A stretch of DNA of 64,000 nt from NCBI RefSeq assembly GCF_009914755.1, contig NC_060927.1. One strand, given 5' to 3'. Made by a program: the position numbers and the translations under genes. The stretch's first letter is position 1. Every line of letters begins with the position of its first letter. This document shows positions 30,898 to 51,698 of the stretch, in pieces. The DNA comes from the human T2T-CHM13v2.0 reference genome, Homo sapiens. The notes beneath the pieces are model-generated. The model saw only the letters and a list, made by a program, of their open reading frames with translations, searched no databases and had not been told where the DNA came from.

Positions 30898-33039
30898 AGA
30901 AATTCTTAGTTTTAAAAAGAGAACTGGATATACACAAATACAAACACTGTTATTATTTAAATATTTAGGACTTCAACTGAGATTATTCTCTTGGTCTGTT
31001 AATTGAAGAACTAATCAATATTTTTTTCTGATAATATCTAAAACACATAGTTAACACACGGCCAGTCTTTGTAAAAGGAAAAATAACACATATGACAATT
31101 TTATGTCAGTTTAGAGATGCCAGCTAGAGTATTTTTGAAAAATAAGAGAAATCCTTTTCATCAAGCTACTCTCAGCTGTAAGTCCTAGAAATTTTATGAG
31201 AAAAATATTATTCTATAAAATAAGAAAACAATTTCACTCACATATGAGAATAAAAATAATAGTAATTTTGCACTGATCATTAAAAATGCAAACACTAAGA
31301 AAGATTTTATAAATATTTTAGAAAATTCTGAAATTCAGTTTCTAATTTCTTTCTAGTCTTTTTCAGAAGTATCTAATAATATAAACCTAGATAAATCATG
31401 TTCAAATTTTGAAATACAGATCTATAAACACAATTTCTATAAGTGATCAACAGCTTTTGCTAATCGAAAAACAAAATACATCATATTGCAGATGTTTTTC
31501 CTTTTTGACTAGGATCATCTATCAATGACCTGAAATAACTTAGAAAAACAAAGAAAAAAGAAACACATGCATTTGAAGTATTATTGGTTCTGAATTATTA
31601 TTTTCATTCCTATTATTATTAAAGAACAATAGAAAATAGGTAAACATATGGTTCTAAAATTTTAGCGTGCATCAATATTAATAGCAATAAAAGCAACCAT
31701 TAATAGTACAGCTAACATATTGAGGGTTCAGTTGGGGAAAAGAAATTTATTTGAATTACCTCTTATTTTGTACAGTAATCTTATGAGATTGTTCTACTAT
31801 TATCTTAATTTTGACAAAGAGATTGTGATTCTGTCTCTTGGAACAGAGTTTCTGTCATCTGTATTTTTAATAAGATTCCCAGGTATTGATGCAAATCAAA
31901 GTTTAAATGATTTAAGTTCTGTAAAAATTTCTCAATCCATTTAGTAGGTTAAGGTTCTGGATATATTTGCCAAGATTCCCAGAAATAAGCTGATTATTTT
32001 TAGAGAGTAAAACATTTTAATCAGGAAACTCCAAAATCTTCCTGTGTCCAATGGACTGATATTTTCCTAGCTATTTAAGCAAAATTTATATATTTCAAAT
32101 TATTTGATCTATGATATGCAATGCACCTTTTCTTTCCAATTAGAATTGGAAATGTTTAACTTTTATTCTGTAATTAAATCAAGTCACTATAACTAGGAAA
32201 ACATAAATATTCACCTACACAAAATATTAAGTAATTAAAATTTATGAAGAAAGCAAGACTACACAAACGTGATATGTTAAAAGAACCAAATAAAATTCTG
32301 TTCCAACAGATTTAGGCTGTTCAAAAAGATAAGTCTTTCACTTTGATTTAAAGTTTAACAGGTCTCGTGTCTTGAATTACCAGAATGTGCACTATATAAA
32401 CCCTTTAAATATGCAATATTTTCACCTGTCTTCTGCATTACATTCTTTCTAAGACCTTGGCATAGCAATTAAAATAAGAAACATATTTTTAAATAATGTT
32501 TGCACTTATAGTTTCCAAAACATTTCTTTTCTCCTCCCTTCTCGCTTATTTCTCTCTCTCTGACTCGTACAAAACCACAAGAGGAACTTGAAAGATACTT
32601 TAGTTGCTATTTCTGACCTTAATAATAAATGCAAAATGTAAGCTCATCAGTATAAAATAATTACATATATATGTTCTATATATTACATTGTAATAGAAAA
32701 TAAAGATATATACCCATTTTGACTTGATTGTTTAGGCAGCCAGAATTTTTAAAACCATATATTAATTCAACCATCCATTCTTAGTTGATGTATTCAATGG
32801 TACTGTGCTCATTCTAACAATGGCTTCTAACATTCAAGTAATTTTTAGGAAACATTTTATCTTTTTCTTCAAATATCACAGCATGCCAAGTGGAGTTCTA
32901 AGTGTTACATCTAACAGAGAAAATTTTGCAATTGAAATTTGAAAATAAATATACATTCTCAAGAAATTTTCATCTTTTATTGCTACTTTAAAGTGCTATG
33001 GGAGTAAAATATAATACCACTGGACTTAAAGAAACCTTC

Positions 33040-33150
33040 AAGAAATCTTGTTGTAAACCTCAATTTAGAGATTAAAGAACTTGAGGTCATTATAAAACAA
33101 GTGAGCTTCAGTGATACTAACACTCCAACACTTAGGTCTCCTGTTACAAC
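33040..33150. mobile_element. MIR remnant (other weak MIRs at about 30100-30260, 33420-33545, 35650-35770, 54930-55030, 58940-59040, 60030-60130)
   Basis: Diverged MIR core motifs, e.g. cttgagcaagtgccttaagttccctgaccctcagtt at about 35686 and gagacactgaggcttaaagcaggtgaact at about 58962. Confidence 0.45.
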
Positions 33151-33863
33151 CCTGTTGGATTTATCCTAAACTGTGTGACTTTTTTTTATTCCTTTCTCTA
33201 AGGAATAAAATACACCCAATCTATTGCCTAGACAACCACAGTTACCTTTTAAAAGTTATCTCTGGTTTTATTCTTGTTATGTACAAAATGGATTTGAGGA
33301 GCCACTTAAATTTCAAATTTCAGAGAGAATATGTGGGTAATCTAGCTTAGGTCATAGACCTGTCCTTGATTTTAGACTGCAGCTACTAGATTGCTTCTAA
33401 TGGATATGAGGTAATTAGTTAACATTTATTCACTTTCACTCTGTGTAATACACTGCTCTGACGGTTTACACATTTCAGTCCACTTAATTATTATAGCAAA
33501 CGTGATATTGGTGCTGTTTTTATTCCATTAAAGAAAATTGTGATACTGACTAAAAATATTATTAATATAATAAATGCCCTCTCTTCCTTCATGAAGCAAG
33601 CATTCTTCTTAGGGATATATTCTTGTGAAAGGATTCTGAATTTAAAAGCTTTATCTATATTAAGACCATACCAATAAGATAAAATAATTATGATAATCTA
33701 TAAGACTAAATAACTATGTCATAGGAGACTTATTCTGAAGGCCAGTACCATGTGAAATATATTATTAATTATGTAGAAAATGTTCATTACTTCACCCCAA
33801 AATACCTAGACAATTTGAATGTGAATAAATTCAGTCCTCACCTCTGCTTTAAGTGGGGAATTT

Positions 33864-34184
<321 letters not shown>

Positions 34185-36228
34185 TAAGTGAGGAATTTTT
34201 AATAGAGGATTTTGAAATCATATTGTGGCACAAGGACATACAGCTAATTATGACGAAATGATTTTAAATGCTTTTCGTTTATTTGTTGGTTTTGGTTGGT
34301 TGCTTGGTTGGTTGGTTTTTATCTGTTGCAGAATCAGAAACTTTGGAAAAGCAATTTCTTAAAGAATATGAGTAAAAAGTATCTGTATCTAAATAAAGAA
34401 AAAATGTTTAATTCAGGCACTGACAGTAGTTCAAAGGAGGCGTCAATACTTCAAATCAGCAATGAGAAGTTTCCAGTGTCTCTTCTGAAATACGCAAAGT
34501 GAGGAGCAGAGAATAACTTGCCATTATCTCTGGGTCATGGGTTTGGATATAAATGAGCAACCAGGCACTACTGTTAGTCATAATACAGCATCTGTTCTAT
34601 GCTAGCAATTATCATTTTTTCAAATGAAATTTGATGGATGCTGTTAGCAGCTGATACGTCATTGGTATAATTTTACTTTTTATATACATGCCACACGTGA
34701 TGAACTCTAGTTTAATTTGTATATTTTACTATTCTGTGAACACCATTACAAGCAAATCAAATTTCTCTGAACTGATAAAATATGGGTGTGTGTGTGTCTT
34801 ATTTGATTCTATTACTCAAGTGGATTTAAAATTTTTATGATGACAAAACTAAATAAGGGGATTTCATCTTAAGTACATTGTGTCTATTGCAATAAGCCTG
34901 GAAGAGTGAAGAGAACTGTGACTCACTTAGAAGGCAGTAGAACACAGCTGAGAAATTCCCCCAAAGCTTGAATATTAAGAACTTGCTATATTTTATAGGT
35001 ATTATTTCTAAATTAGTCGTTATTTTATGTAGGGACTTTTAAAATAAGACAAAACAAGGTTTTTTATTAATCTGGATTTACTGTTGGTGATTAGTAAAAA
35101 GTTTAAAGTTGCAATATATGCATTTTAAAGGATATGTCTATTGCAGGAGATTTTTACCATTATTTTTAAGTGATCCCAACATTTGTTCTTTTTACTGCTA
35201 CTAGATAATTAGAAATAATGATTTACCTTTATGTTTTCTAATCAGATGATGATTTCTAATTACATGTGTATTTATGTTAAAATGTCATTTGAATATAGTC
35301 ATTTTATCATTAATCCATGAATTTTGTTTTCTAATTAGTTTTTATGTATGCCTAAATAGATTGCTATAATTTTGTGTTATTAACTTGACAAGAATATTTC
35401 ACTTTTTAAAGAACCCAGTACAGTTGGATAATACAATTGGTCTTCAGTGTTTTTAAAAAAATCACTATTAACAATGAGGAATATGCATTGTTTTCTGTTT
35501 TTGCTTATTTTCCACTCATTTCTCATACCTACGATTAGGCAAAATAACAAAATTTACAAAATTAACTTATTCATGACCTTATGTGAAAAACTAGTGAGTC
35601 AGCAGAAAGGGAAAAGAGGCTTGAACAGTTCTACATGCAGCCCTGCTTTGTTGTTGCGAAAAACTTGCCCACTTACTGTATAATCTTGAGCAAGTGCCTT
35701 AAGTTCCCTGACCCTCAGTTGCATTCTTGCTATAGTGAGTATTAGACTAGATAATGACCTGAAATTCTTGCAGCTTGATGATACTTTTTCTTTTCTGGGA
35801 AAGGTAATATAATGACAAAAAAATATAGCTGAAATTTGTTATAATTTTTATTGACTGGGTTTTGGGCTTTTTTAAAGAAAATACTGCATAGTTGACACTA
35901 TGCAGAATAACTACATCTTAAATAATTCTTTAAAAAATAATATCTGCAGAAATTTAACAGTGGTAACTAATGTGATGTAGTCTGTTAGCAGTATATTTAA
36001 GTATGGCTATATTATAACTCTTCTGTCTCTTTCATAATTAACCAAATCAAACCAAACCAAACAAAACGTAAAACAAGATGGTGGAGAAGAGAAAAATAAC
36101 ATTTAAAAACAGAGAGAATATTGTTCGTTGGTATAAAACATTTAAAGTTGGCAGAATGACATAACATGTTCTCTGTGATCTATTAGAGATACCCACATGG
36201 AAAAGCAATCATTTCAAAGATGCAAACT

Positions 36229-36524
36229 TGGGGTATGGTAACTCAAGCCTGTAATCCTAGCACTTTGGAGGCCCAGGCAGGAGAGTTGCTTGAGCCCAGG
36301 AGTTCAAGACCAGACTGGGCATCATAGTGAGATCTCCCTTTCTCTCCAAAAAAAAAAATTAAATTAAATTAAAAATAGATTAGCTATTGTCGTGGTGTGC
36401 ACCTGTGGTCCCAGCTACTAAGGAGGTTGAGGCTGCAATGAGCTGTGATTGTGCCACTGCGCTCCAGACTGGGCAACAAAGCAAGACCTTGTCTCAAAAT
36501 AAATAAATAAAATAAAATAAAAAA
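36229..36524 (+). mobile_element. AluJ with right-arm internal deletion
   Basis: J diagnostics gcttgagcccaggagttcaag and gaggctgcaatgagctgtgattg; TSD core atgcaaa. Confidence 0.88.
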
Positions 36525-36575
36525 TGCAAATGTTTCATGAATTTCAGTGCAAATTTGATTTGTAGACGATAATTC

Positions 36576-37046
<471 letters not shown>

Positions 37047-37737
37047 TAAGATCTGATGGCGACACATAAAATCCGATGTAAAATGTAAGCAAAGAAATAG
37101 AAAATATTAATAAATTGTTTTTATCTCTTTTTTAAAGGTATTTTAAAATATTAGAAGCATATAAGCTAATAAAAAGTACTTCTGTTTTTGAATCTGTTGT
37201 TGGAAGTCTGAATTCATTGAGAAAAAGTGCATTGCTGGGCATTATCGTGATATATACCTATTTGTACAGTTTCCTAAAGTAAAAGAAACAGGAAAGGAAC
37301 ATCTCTGAGTGATGCAACATCAGATACATAATAAAAATAAATGACTTTTCTGCAACTTTTAAAGGAAAACCAAAGTGATGAAATTCTTCTCTGAGCTAGT
37401 AAGCTTTAATAACACTTTCAGGGTTTCCTGAATTTGAAAGAAAGGCAGAATAAGGGCAGTTATGCCTTGTGAACCCTAATGTCATTACCATTTTAAAAAC
37501 ATAATCCCTAACTAAGACATTTGAAAAACTGCTGTTAAAATTTCTGTTTTGTCAGTTTTAACTTAAGCAGACAATACTTTGACATGTTAATCATAGTTTC
37601 CAATTTTAAAGAATGATGACTCATTAAATTTTAGTGTATATTATGAATAATAATTATATTACTCTGTAAATACTAGTGTATACTATATACATATTAGTGC
37701 TTAATTATTTTACAAGGATAAGAACATTTTCTTGGAG

Positions 37738-42250
<4,513 letters not shown>

Positions 42251-42251
42251 C

Positions 42252-44825
42252 CAACTGGTGTGAGATGGTATCTCACTGTGGTTTTGATTTGCATTTCTCT
42301 AATGACTAGTGATGATAAGCTTTTTTTCATATGTTTGTTGACCACATAAATGCCTTCTTTTGAGGAGTGTCTGTTCATAGCCTTCACCTACTTTTAATGG
42401 GGTTTTCTTTTTTCCTTTTAAATGTGTTTATGTTCCTTGTAGATTCTGGATATTAGACCTTTGACAGATGGATAGATTGCAAAAATATTCTCCCATTTTG
42501 TAGGTTGCCTGTTCACTCTGACGATAGTTCCTTTTTCTGTGCAGAAGATCTTTAGCTTAATTAGATCCCATTTATCAATTTTGGCTTTTGTTGCCATTGC
42601 TTTTGGTGTTTTAGTCATAAAGTCTTTGCCCATGCCTATGTCCTGAACGGTATTGCCTAGGTTTTCTTCTAGGGTTTTTATGGTTTTAGGATATACATTT
42701 AAGTCTTTAATCCACCTTGAGTTAATTTTTTTATAAGGTGTAGGGAAGGGGTCCAGTGTCAGTTTTCTGCATATGGTAGCCATTTTTCCCAGCACCATTT
42801 ATTAAATAGGGAATCCTTTCACATTGCTTGTTTTTGTAAGGCTTGTCAAAGATCAGATGGCTGTGGATATGTGGTGTTATTTCTGAGGCCTCTCTTCTGT
42901 TGCATTGGTATATATGTCTGTTTTGGTACCAGTACCATGCTGTTTTGGTTACTGTAGCCTTGTAGTATAGTTTGAAGTCAGGTAGTGTGATGTCTCCAGC
43001 TTTGTTCTTTTTGCTTAGGTTTGTCTTGGCTATATGGGCTCTTTTTTTGGTCCCATATGCAATTTAAAGTAGTTTTTTCTAGTTCTGTGAAAACAGTCAA
43101 TGGTAGCTTGATAGATATAACATTGAATCTATAAATTATTTTGGGCAGTCTGGCCATTTTCATGATATTGACTCTTCCTATCCATGAGCATGGAATGTTT
43201 TTCCATTTGTTTGTGTCCTCTTTTATTTCTTTGAGGAGTGGTTTGTAGTTCTCCTTGAATAGGTCCTTCAAGTGCTTTGTAATTTGTATACCAAGGTACT
43301 TTATTTTCTTTGTAGCAATTGTGAATGGGAGTTCACTCATGATTTGGCTCTCTATTATTGGTGTATAGGAATGCTTGTGATTTTTGAACATTGATTTTGT
43401 ATCCTGAGACTTTGCTGAAGTTGCTTATCAACCTAAGGAATTTTTGGGCTGAGACAATGGGGTTTTTCAAATATACAATCATGTTATCTGCAAACAGAGA
43501 AAATTTGACTTCCTCTCTTCCTGACTGAATATCCTTTATGTCTTTCTCCTGCCTGATTGCCCTGGTCAGAACTTCCAATTCCATGTTAAATAGGAGTGGT
43601 GAGAGAGGGCATCCTTGTCTTGTGCCAGTTTTCAAAGGGATTGCTTCCAGCTTTGACCCATTCAGTATGATATTGGCTATGGTTTGTCATATATAGCTCT
43701 TAATATTTTGAGATATATTCTATCAATACCTAGTTCGTTGAGTGTTTTTAGCATGAAGGGCTGTTGAATTGTATCAAAGGCCTTTTCTTTATTTATTGAG
43801 ATAATCATGTGGTTTTTGTCATTGGTTCTGTTTATGTGATGGATTACATTATTCAGTTTGCATATGTTGAACCAGCCTTGCACCCCAAGGATGAAGCCTA
43901 CCTGATCGTGGTGAATAAGTTTTTTGATGTGCTGCTTGATTCATTTTGCCAGTATTTTATTGAGAATTTTTTGCATTGATATTCATTAAGGATATTGGCC
44001 TGACATTTTGTTGTTGTTGTGTCTCTGTCAGGTTTTGGTATCATGATGATGCTGGCCTCTTAAAACAAGTAAGGGGGGAGTCCGTCTTTTTCTATTGTTT
44101 GGAATAATTTTAGAAAGAATGATACCAGCTCCTCTTTGTATCCCTGGTAGAAATCGGCTGTGAATTCAACTGGTCTTGGGCATTTTCTTGGTTGGTAGGC
44201 TATTAATACTGTTCCAATTTCAGGCATGGAAACTGAACAACCTGCTCCTGTATGACTACTGGGTAAATAACAAAATTAAGGCAGAAATAAATATGTTCTT
44301 TGAAACCAATGAGAAGAAAGACACAATGTACCAGAATCTCTGGGACACAGCTAAAGCAGTGTTAAGAGGGAAACTTATAGCACTAAAGGCCCACGTCAGA
44401 AAGCAGGAAAGATCTGAAATCAACACCCTAATATCACAATTAAAAGAACTAGAGAAGCAAGGGCAAACAAATTCAAAAGCTAGCAGAAGACAAGAAATAA
44501 CTAAGATCAGAGCAGAACTGAAGGAGATAGAGACAAGAAAACCCATCAAAAAATAAATGAATCCAGGAGCTGTTTTTTTGAAAAGCCTAACAAAATAGAC
44601 TGCTAGCCAGACTAATAAAGAAGTAAAGAGAAAAGAATCAAATAGACACAGTAAAGAATGATAAAGGGGATATCACCACTGAGCCCAAGGGAAAAAAAAT
44701 CAGATAATATTATAAACACCTCTATGCAAATAAACTATAAAATTTAGAAGAAATGCATAAATTCCTGGACACATACACCCTCCCAAGATTAAACCAGGAA
44801 GAAGCTGAATCCCTGAATACACCAT
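42252..44825 (-). mobile_element. 5'-inverted L1PA (about PA7/8) on minus strand, 3' end missing
   Basis: 42252-44222 is minus-strand ORF2 ([15 protein letters not shown]). 44226-44825 is plus-strand upstream ORF2 ([19 protein letters not shown]), ending about 10 nt before the point where the minus segment starts. Confidence 0.88.
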
Positions 44826-45460
44826 GCATTTAAAAACTATATTGTTCTTATTGAATCCACTTGTCAGCTTTGTCAAAAATCAGTGTATCATACGTGTTAG
44901 TCTTGTTACTTTGTTCCACTAATCTGTATGTTTATTTTATACAAATATAAGTCTGTCTTTCTAACTACAGCAGTAAGGTAAATGTAAGTTATCTATTATC
45001 TTATTTTTCACAATTATTTTGCTTATTCTAATTCCCTGGCTTTTTAATATACATTTCAGAATCAAATTTCTTTTTAGAAAGCCTTCTGTTAGAATAGTAA
45101 TTGAAATTGTCTTGAATCTATAGACCAGTACACATTTTATCATAACAATTGTAATGTCTTTGAGTCCATGACATGCTCGCATCTTCAGTATAATCACCAT
45201 TAATTTTTTACAGTAATATTTTCAGTCTACAGGTTGCAAATTTCAGTTCAGTGTATAGTTTTTGAATATAATTTCTTAAATTTATCTTTAAATGTTTCAT
45301 ATCCTAATGATATATTACACAATTTTTTCCAAAATTAATGCCCAATTGGGTGTTGTCAGTGTAAATAAATATATTTACTTGTTAAATATAGTCCTGAAAA
45401 CTCTTACTACTTCTAGTAAATTTTGAAAATGTCTAAAAATTTTTAACTTTTTTAAAAAAA

Positions 45461-45822
<362 letters not shown>

Positions 45823-46711
45823 TTAAATAGGAATGATGAGAAAAGACTCACTTGTCTTGTTCCAGATCTTAGGGAAAAATTACTTTAAACTTTCTCAGTG
45901 AATAGAATGTGAATCCTGATTAAGTGTAGATACTTTCTACCGGGTTGAGAAAATTGTTTATATTCCTAGTTTTCTGAGAGCCATTAAACCAAGTGAGTAA
46001 GAAATATTTTCAAATTTGTTTTCTGGGATCTATTGAGATGATCACATGATTTTTCATTTAAAAATAGTTTAATGTAACTGATTACATTGATTCACTTTAT
46101 AATGTGGTATAAAAATTTTATTCCTAGGATAAACCATACTTGATTATTATATTGTCTCTTCATAAAATTGTATTAAAGATTTTATATCTGTGTTCTATAG
46201 GGATATGTATCTCCTGCTTTTGTCTCTTGGAATGTCTTCTTCTGGTTTTAGTGTCAGAGTAATGCTGATGTCTTTTTCTATGTTCTGTTAACATTCTGAA
46301 CTATGTTCAGAATTTGTATTATTTCTTCTTTAACATTTTTCACAATTCACCAGTCAAGCCATCTGTGGCTACAATTTTCATTTGAGACTTTTTTGGATAC
46401 AAATTTAATTTCTTATCTTAGATATAGGGCTATTCCAGTTATATATCTCTTCTTGATTGAGCTTTTGTAGTTTGTGACTATCAAGGAATTTGTCCATTTT
46501 GTTTAAGATGTTAGATTTACGATTTATTGTTTAAAGTTGTTTATACTATTTTTATTTAAGTCTTTAATGCATAGAGAACTACAATGATGTCCCATTTTCA
46601 TTCCTAATAATTATAACCTATGCTTTTGTTCTGTTTTGTCTAATTTATTTAGCTAGAATTTTATCAGTTTTATTGGCTTTTTAAAAGTTTTTTGCTCCCT
46701 TGCCTATTTTG

Positions 46712-46756
46712 TATATATATATGTATATATACAAATATATATATACGTATATATAC

Positions 46757-46795
<39 letters not shown>
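46712..46795. repeat. Compound (TA)n(TG)n(TA)n microsatellite adjoining an Alu tail
   Basis: Read directly. Confidence 0.95.
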
Positions 46796-47093
<298 letters not shown>

Positions 47094-49719
47094 GATGTCT
47101 CTTCTTACTTCTATTATTTATTTATATCTGCTTACTTTTGATTTAAGTCATTGTTCTTGTTCTAGAATCTTATTTCCAGTCATATATTTACATAGTAGTA
47201 AAACTAGAATCCCCAACCTACAGGTGTTTTAGATAAGGCTCCACTGTAAGTTACGGCACCTTAGGAAGAAAATGGTTTGCTCTTTTCTGTATCTTTTGGA
47301 TGGGTAAAACATTAAATATATCTGCTAAAAATTTTTTTATCTTATAAGAGTCATCTTTTTAAGTGTCTCCATCCTTTGTTCCTAGCCAACCTAGGTATAT
47401 GAGCAACCTTGCTCTCTAAAAATGAAAGAGAATTTTAGGCCTGGTGCTGGAAAATTATTAATTGTCTAGCATTATATTCCTGTGGAAGTACTGCTTTAAA
47501 GGAAGTCCATACCCTCTGCATCTTTCCAAGCATTTACTAACAAGTTACCTATCTATTTAGTGTCCTCAACTGGTTTACAATTTTCTAATAATGGGTAAAA
47601 AACATGGTAAACAACATCAATTCTTTGTTTTCTAAGATAAATATAAAAGCATGAAATTAAAAAAACAATAAAATGAGATAAATTGGTTTTAAACATATTG
47701 TGCAGATTTTAAAGTATTTATACCTATAACTTCTAACTAAAATGTACATGTAGTCCTTAAAATTTCAAAATTACATCTAAGTCTAATTGTAGCATATATA
47801 GGTATAAACATTTAAAAGTATAAATAAAATAATTTAATTATAGTTATAGCCTGTGTGAGCTTTAGAACATGTGTAGATAAAAATCATTCTTTTCTCCAAC
47901 AGGATATATTTATTAACTGAGTAGTAATGAAAGATTGATGTGTCAAAATAACATATAAAATAATGGTGTATGAAATTTATCTATTTAGCACTATACATGA
48001 CCCTTAAATTATATTCATCATTATTGTAAGATTGCAGAAGTTATTTTCCTTTGTAAGCATTCTGCTTAAATACATAACTTCTTTAATATCTTATTACTAC
48101 TTAGCTGCCACGCAAATGAATATGATAAGTATAATTTAAAACTTGTGTTTAATTGACATTCCATAAGCTAACGAATGTAGTGTTAAATTGATATTTTAAT
48201 TTTACACCAACTTATGCTGGTGCTAGACAGACATACACTACTTTCAACACTGCCTTACTTCTCATTTCAATTGTAATGGCCCTGCTCCCCTCCCAACAAG
48301 AAGAAAATAAGTTCTGCAGGTAGTATTATAGTTATATTTGATTTAAAATGAGGTCTCTTCACACATGTACATATGTAGGACTATATAGAATTCGACTATA
48401 AATATGTACTATATTTTATTTATTTTGCCTGCAATTTTTGGTATACAGAATATTTCCATCTGTTTGCTATTATAAACCAGATACTACAGAGAAAATCCGT
48501 GTGCATTCATCAATTCATATATATGCTATAACAAAGTTGTTAAAAGATGGATCAAGTTATGTGTATTACAAATGTTGATATATTAATTAAACTGCTGTAC
48601 ATAAAGGTGGTATATATTTTCACTACTCTCAGAAATATGAGAGTACTTGTTCTCCTTATTGTCATGAACCATGCCTCATCAAATTGTCTGATTTTTGACA
48701 AGCTACTATGGGAAAACATGGTATCTAATTTTAGTTTTATTTCACAGTTCGTTTGTTATTAGGACCATTGAAAATTCTACAGAGTTTAGAAGATATTAAT
48801 TCTGTTTACTGTGAACAGCTTATTCTTTTTCCATTCTTCTATTGTACTTAATTTTTTTATAAAAGTCTTCATATTTTAAGGAAGTTGAAGCTTTTTTCTG
48901 TAAACTTATTTTGCAGTTTTTTTCTTCCCAAGTTATCATTTGCATTTTATATCTTCTAAGGGTGAGTCTTTATCATATAATACATTTTGATTTTTTAAAC
49001 ATTTTCTTATTTAGTCTAATTGCATTGCATAGCAGCTATGAGTCAATTGTAAATTATGGTGATGCCAGTGGACTTCCTGATGATACTGGAAAAACTTCTC
49101 GCTTATTTTTTCTACTCTTATTTACAGTAAAACTGTCTTTGGGTTTTGGACGTATTTATGTATTTCATCTTAAGAAAGTATTCTTTCATGTCAGTGTATA
49201 ATTATTATTAATCAAAAAGTCAAAGTATTTTTTGTATCTTCAGTTATTATTACATTATGTTTTTCTATTTAGATTTATTTATTTAGTAAATTACTTCAAA
49301 TTTTATTAACATTGCTTTCATGGCACTTAACATGTCTTGTTTTATGATTTTAGAACAAATACATGGTATTTCTTCACTAAAATATAGACTTTGCTTGAAG
49401 GCAGACTTTGACCTCTGATTCATCTTTACATCTCCCTACAAGTAAATCAGCATTTTCTGCATATTGTTACTAAACAGTTATTTATTAAAGAAATGTGTAG
49501 GTATATAAATGATCTTTGAAGTACTGTATGGATTGAATAATTGCTACACAAAGCCAAAATAATTTCAATTTCAGAAATAGTTAAAAATGGCCTTAAAATA
49601 TAGTGAATATGAGAGTTGAATTGTTATGAATAGAAATATGTAGTTCTTTGAATAGTATTTTGCACATAACAATGAATATAAAAATTAGAAGACATAGCCC
49701 AAATATTATTTTTCTTTTG

Positions 49720-50091
49720 TAATTATTTTTAGTTGTTATAGATACATAATGATTTTACATATTTGTAAGGTATACGTGACATTTTGATAGATGCAGTCAA
49801 TGTGTAATTATCAAATCTGGGTAATTGAAATATCCATCACATCAAACATTTCTTTCTTTGTGTTGGAAATATTTCAAATCTTCATTTCTAGCTATTAAAA
49901 ATATATAATAAATTATTTTTGCCTGCAGTTTGTCCTATTGTGCGAATAACCATTAAACCTTATTCCTTCCATCTAACTATTTTTGTAACCATTAACCAAT
50001 ACCTCTTCATCCATCTCTCCCCACTTCTGTCTCCAGCCTCCGGTAACAACCATTCTATTCACTAACTCCATGAGATCAAGTTTTTTAGCTT
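49720..50091 (-). mobile_element. L1MA-type 3'UTR end
   Basis: ggtaacaaccattctattcactaactccatgagatcaagttttttagct. Confidence 0.8.
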
Positions 50092-50213
50092 CTGACACTC
50101 CCAGTGAGATGAACCTGGTACCTCAGTTGGAAATGCAGAAATCACCTGTCTTCTGCGTTGCTCACGCTGGGAGCTGTAGACTGGAGCTGTTCCTATTTGG
50201 CCATCTTGGCTCC
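50092..50213 (-). mobile_element. Isolated 5' terminus (about 122 nt) of a young L1PA
   Basis: Minus strand ggagccaagatggccaaataggaacagctccagtctacagctcccagcgtgagc...tgaggtaccagg. Confidence 0.92.
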
Positions 50214-51698
50214 ATCTCTAAAATTTTAATTAGCATAGATGCAAAGATTGTTTCGCAAAATATTCAATAATAGAAAATTGATGTATTTTCTATTTAAAGG
50301 ATAATAAAAGACAGCATAATGTCCCTGATTATAATAAAAGTAGCTAAGCATGTTTAATATTAATATATATAAATAATGTGCACACTCAGAAGCGAGATGA
50401 GATGAAAGAAAATCAATGTCAAATATCTGAAATGTATAGATTTTAAAATCTAAATTTTTCACATCATAGAAAATTGTTTAGATGTTGTTTTATTTAAAAT
50501 TGGATATAAAGTAAAAAATATACGCAATACACAAAATAAATAAAATATTCTAATTTTTTCCAAGGGCAATAATTCCCTTTTCACTTTTTCTGAAACAAGA
50601 CTTGATTTTTTGTTGAGGAAATCAGTTTAAAAAATACTATGAGACTAAATGGCAGAACCCCCAGTTTACTGTATAAATTATTTTGTCTAGATATTTGAAC
50701 GAATTATTTTTCAAAGACAGTTTGACATTGTGAAACTGAAGTTGCACTTAAAATGTTTATCTTTTTAATATATTTCAGAATTTAGAAAATAATGAATGCA
50801 ACAAAAGTCTTTGACATATTAAAAATAAAATTGAACATATAAATGAAGAATAAGCACTATGTTTCACTAGGGTTGTTTCCAATTTGCAAATTTTGTGTCA
50901 CATAACCAAACAGCGTTTGAATACTTATACACATTATATTCTAATAATATAGGTTATTCTTTTACCAAGCAAATGTGATGTATTTAAGGAAGATCTCATA
51001 GATAAATATGTGCAAAAATATAAATATATGTATACATTTAAAGACAATTATTTTTACAGACATGTACATGCACATACATCTGATATACATCTCAAAGTGT
51101 GTATACATGTCTGTATTTATAGCAGGACAATATCAAAACTTCCGAGAAGCTAAGTGTAAACATCTTATAAAAGTAGCTGGAACACAATCAGGCACTGTTA
51201 AATAAAGTACCTGAAGATATAACAACTTCCAGCACATCTAGATCTGTAGTTCTGTGCATTTGATCAATAGCTTTCATCTGTTCTCCATTTGAAGAAATGT
51301 CATCAAAATCTTAATCTATTTCACCATGAGAGAAAGGATAAAGTATGAGTGAGATCTGAGAAAATAAAAGATCAGTGTTTGACAGTATTTTCAAATCTAA
51401 TCAAAGTCAATGATATTTGGCATATTGTCTCCACTTTATTTTTTATTAACTCTAAGAGTAAAGAAGTGATAACTCAAAAAAAAATTGAGACTGCATTATA
51501 TTTATTTTAAATAAAGAAATTACGTATCATCAAATGCTTCATAGCTTTTAGCTGATAAAAGTTTAAGGACTTTAGTGCAAGTTTTTCTGAAGATTCTAGT
51601 ATATATGTCTGTACAAAGGTAACTTTGAATTAAGCTATAAACTAACATTGATTTAGTCCTTATTTTGCAGTACAAATGTTCTAGTCCTTTATCAAATG

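Noticed and set aside
35884-35905. 9-bp stem hairpin ctgcatagt-tgac-actatgcag
   Set aside because: Expected by chance in 64 kb of AT-rich DNA.
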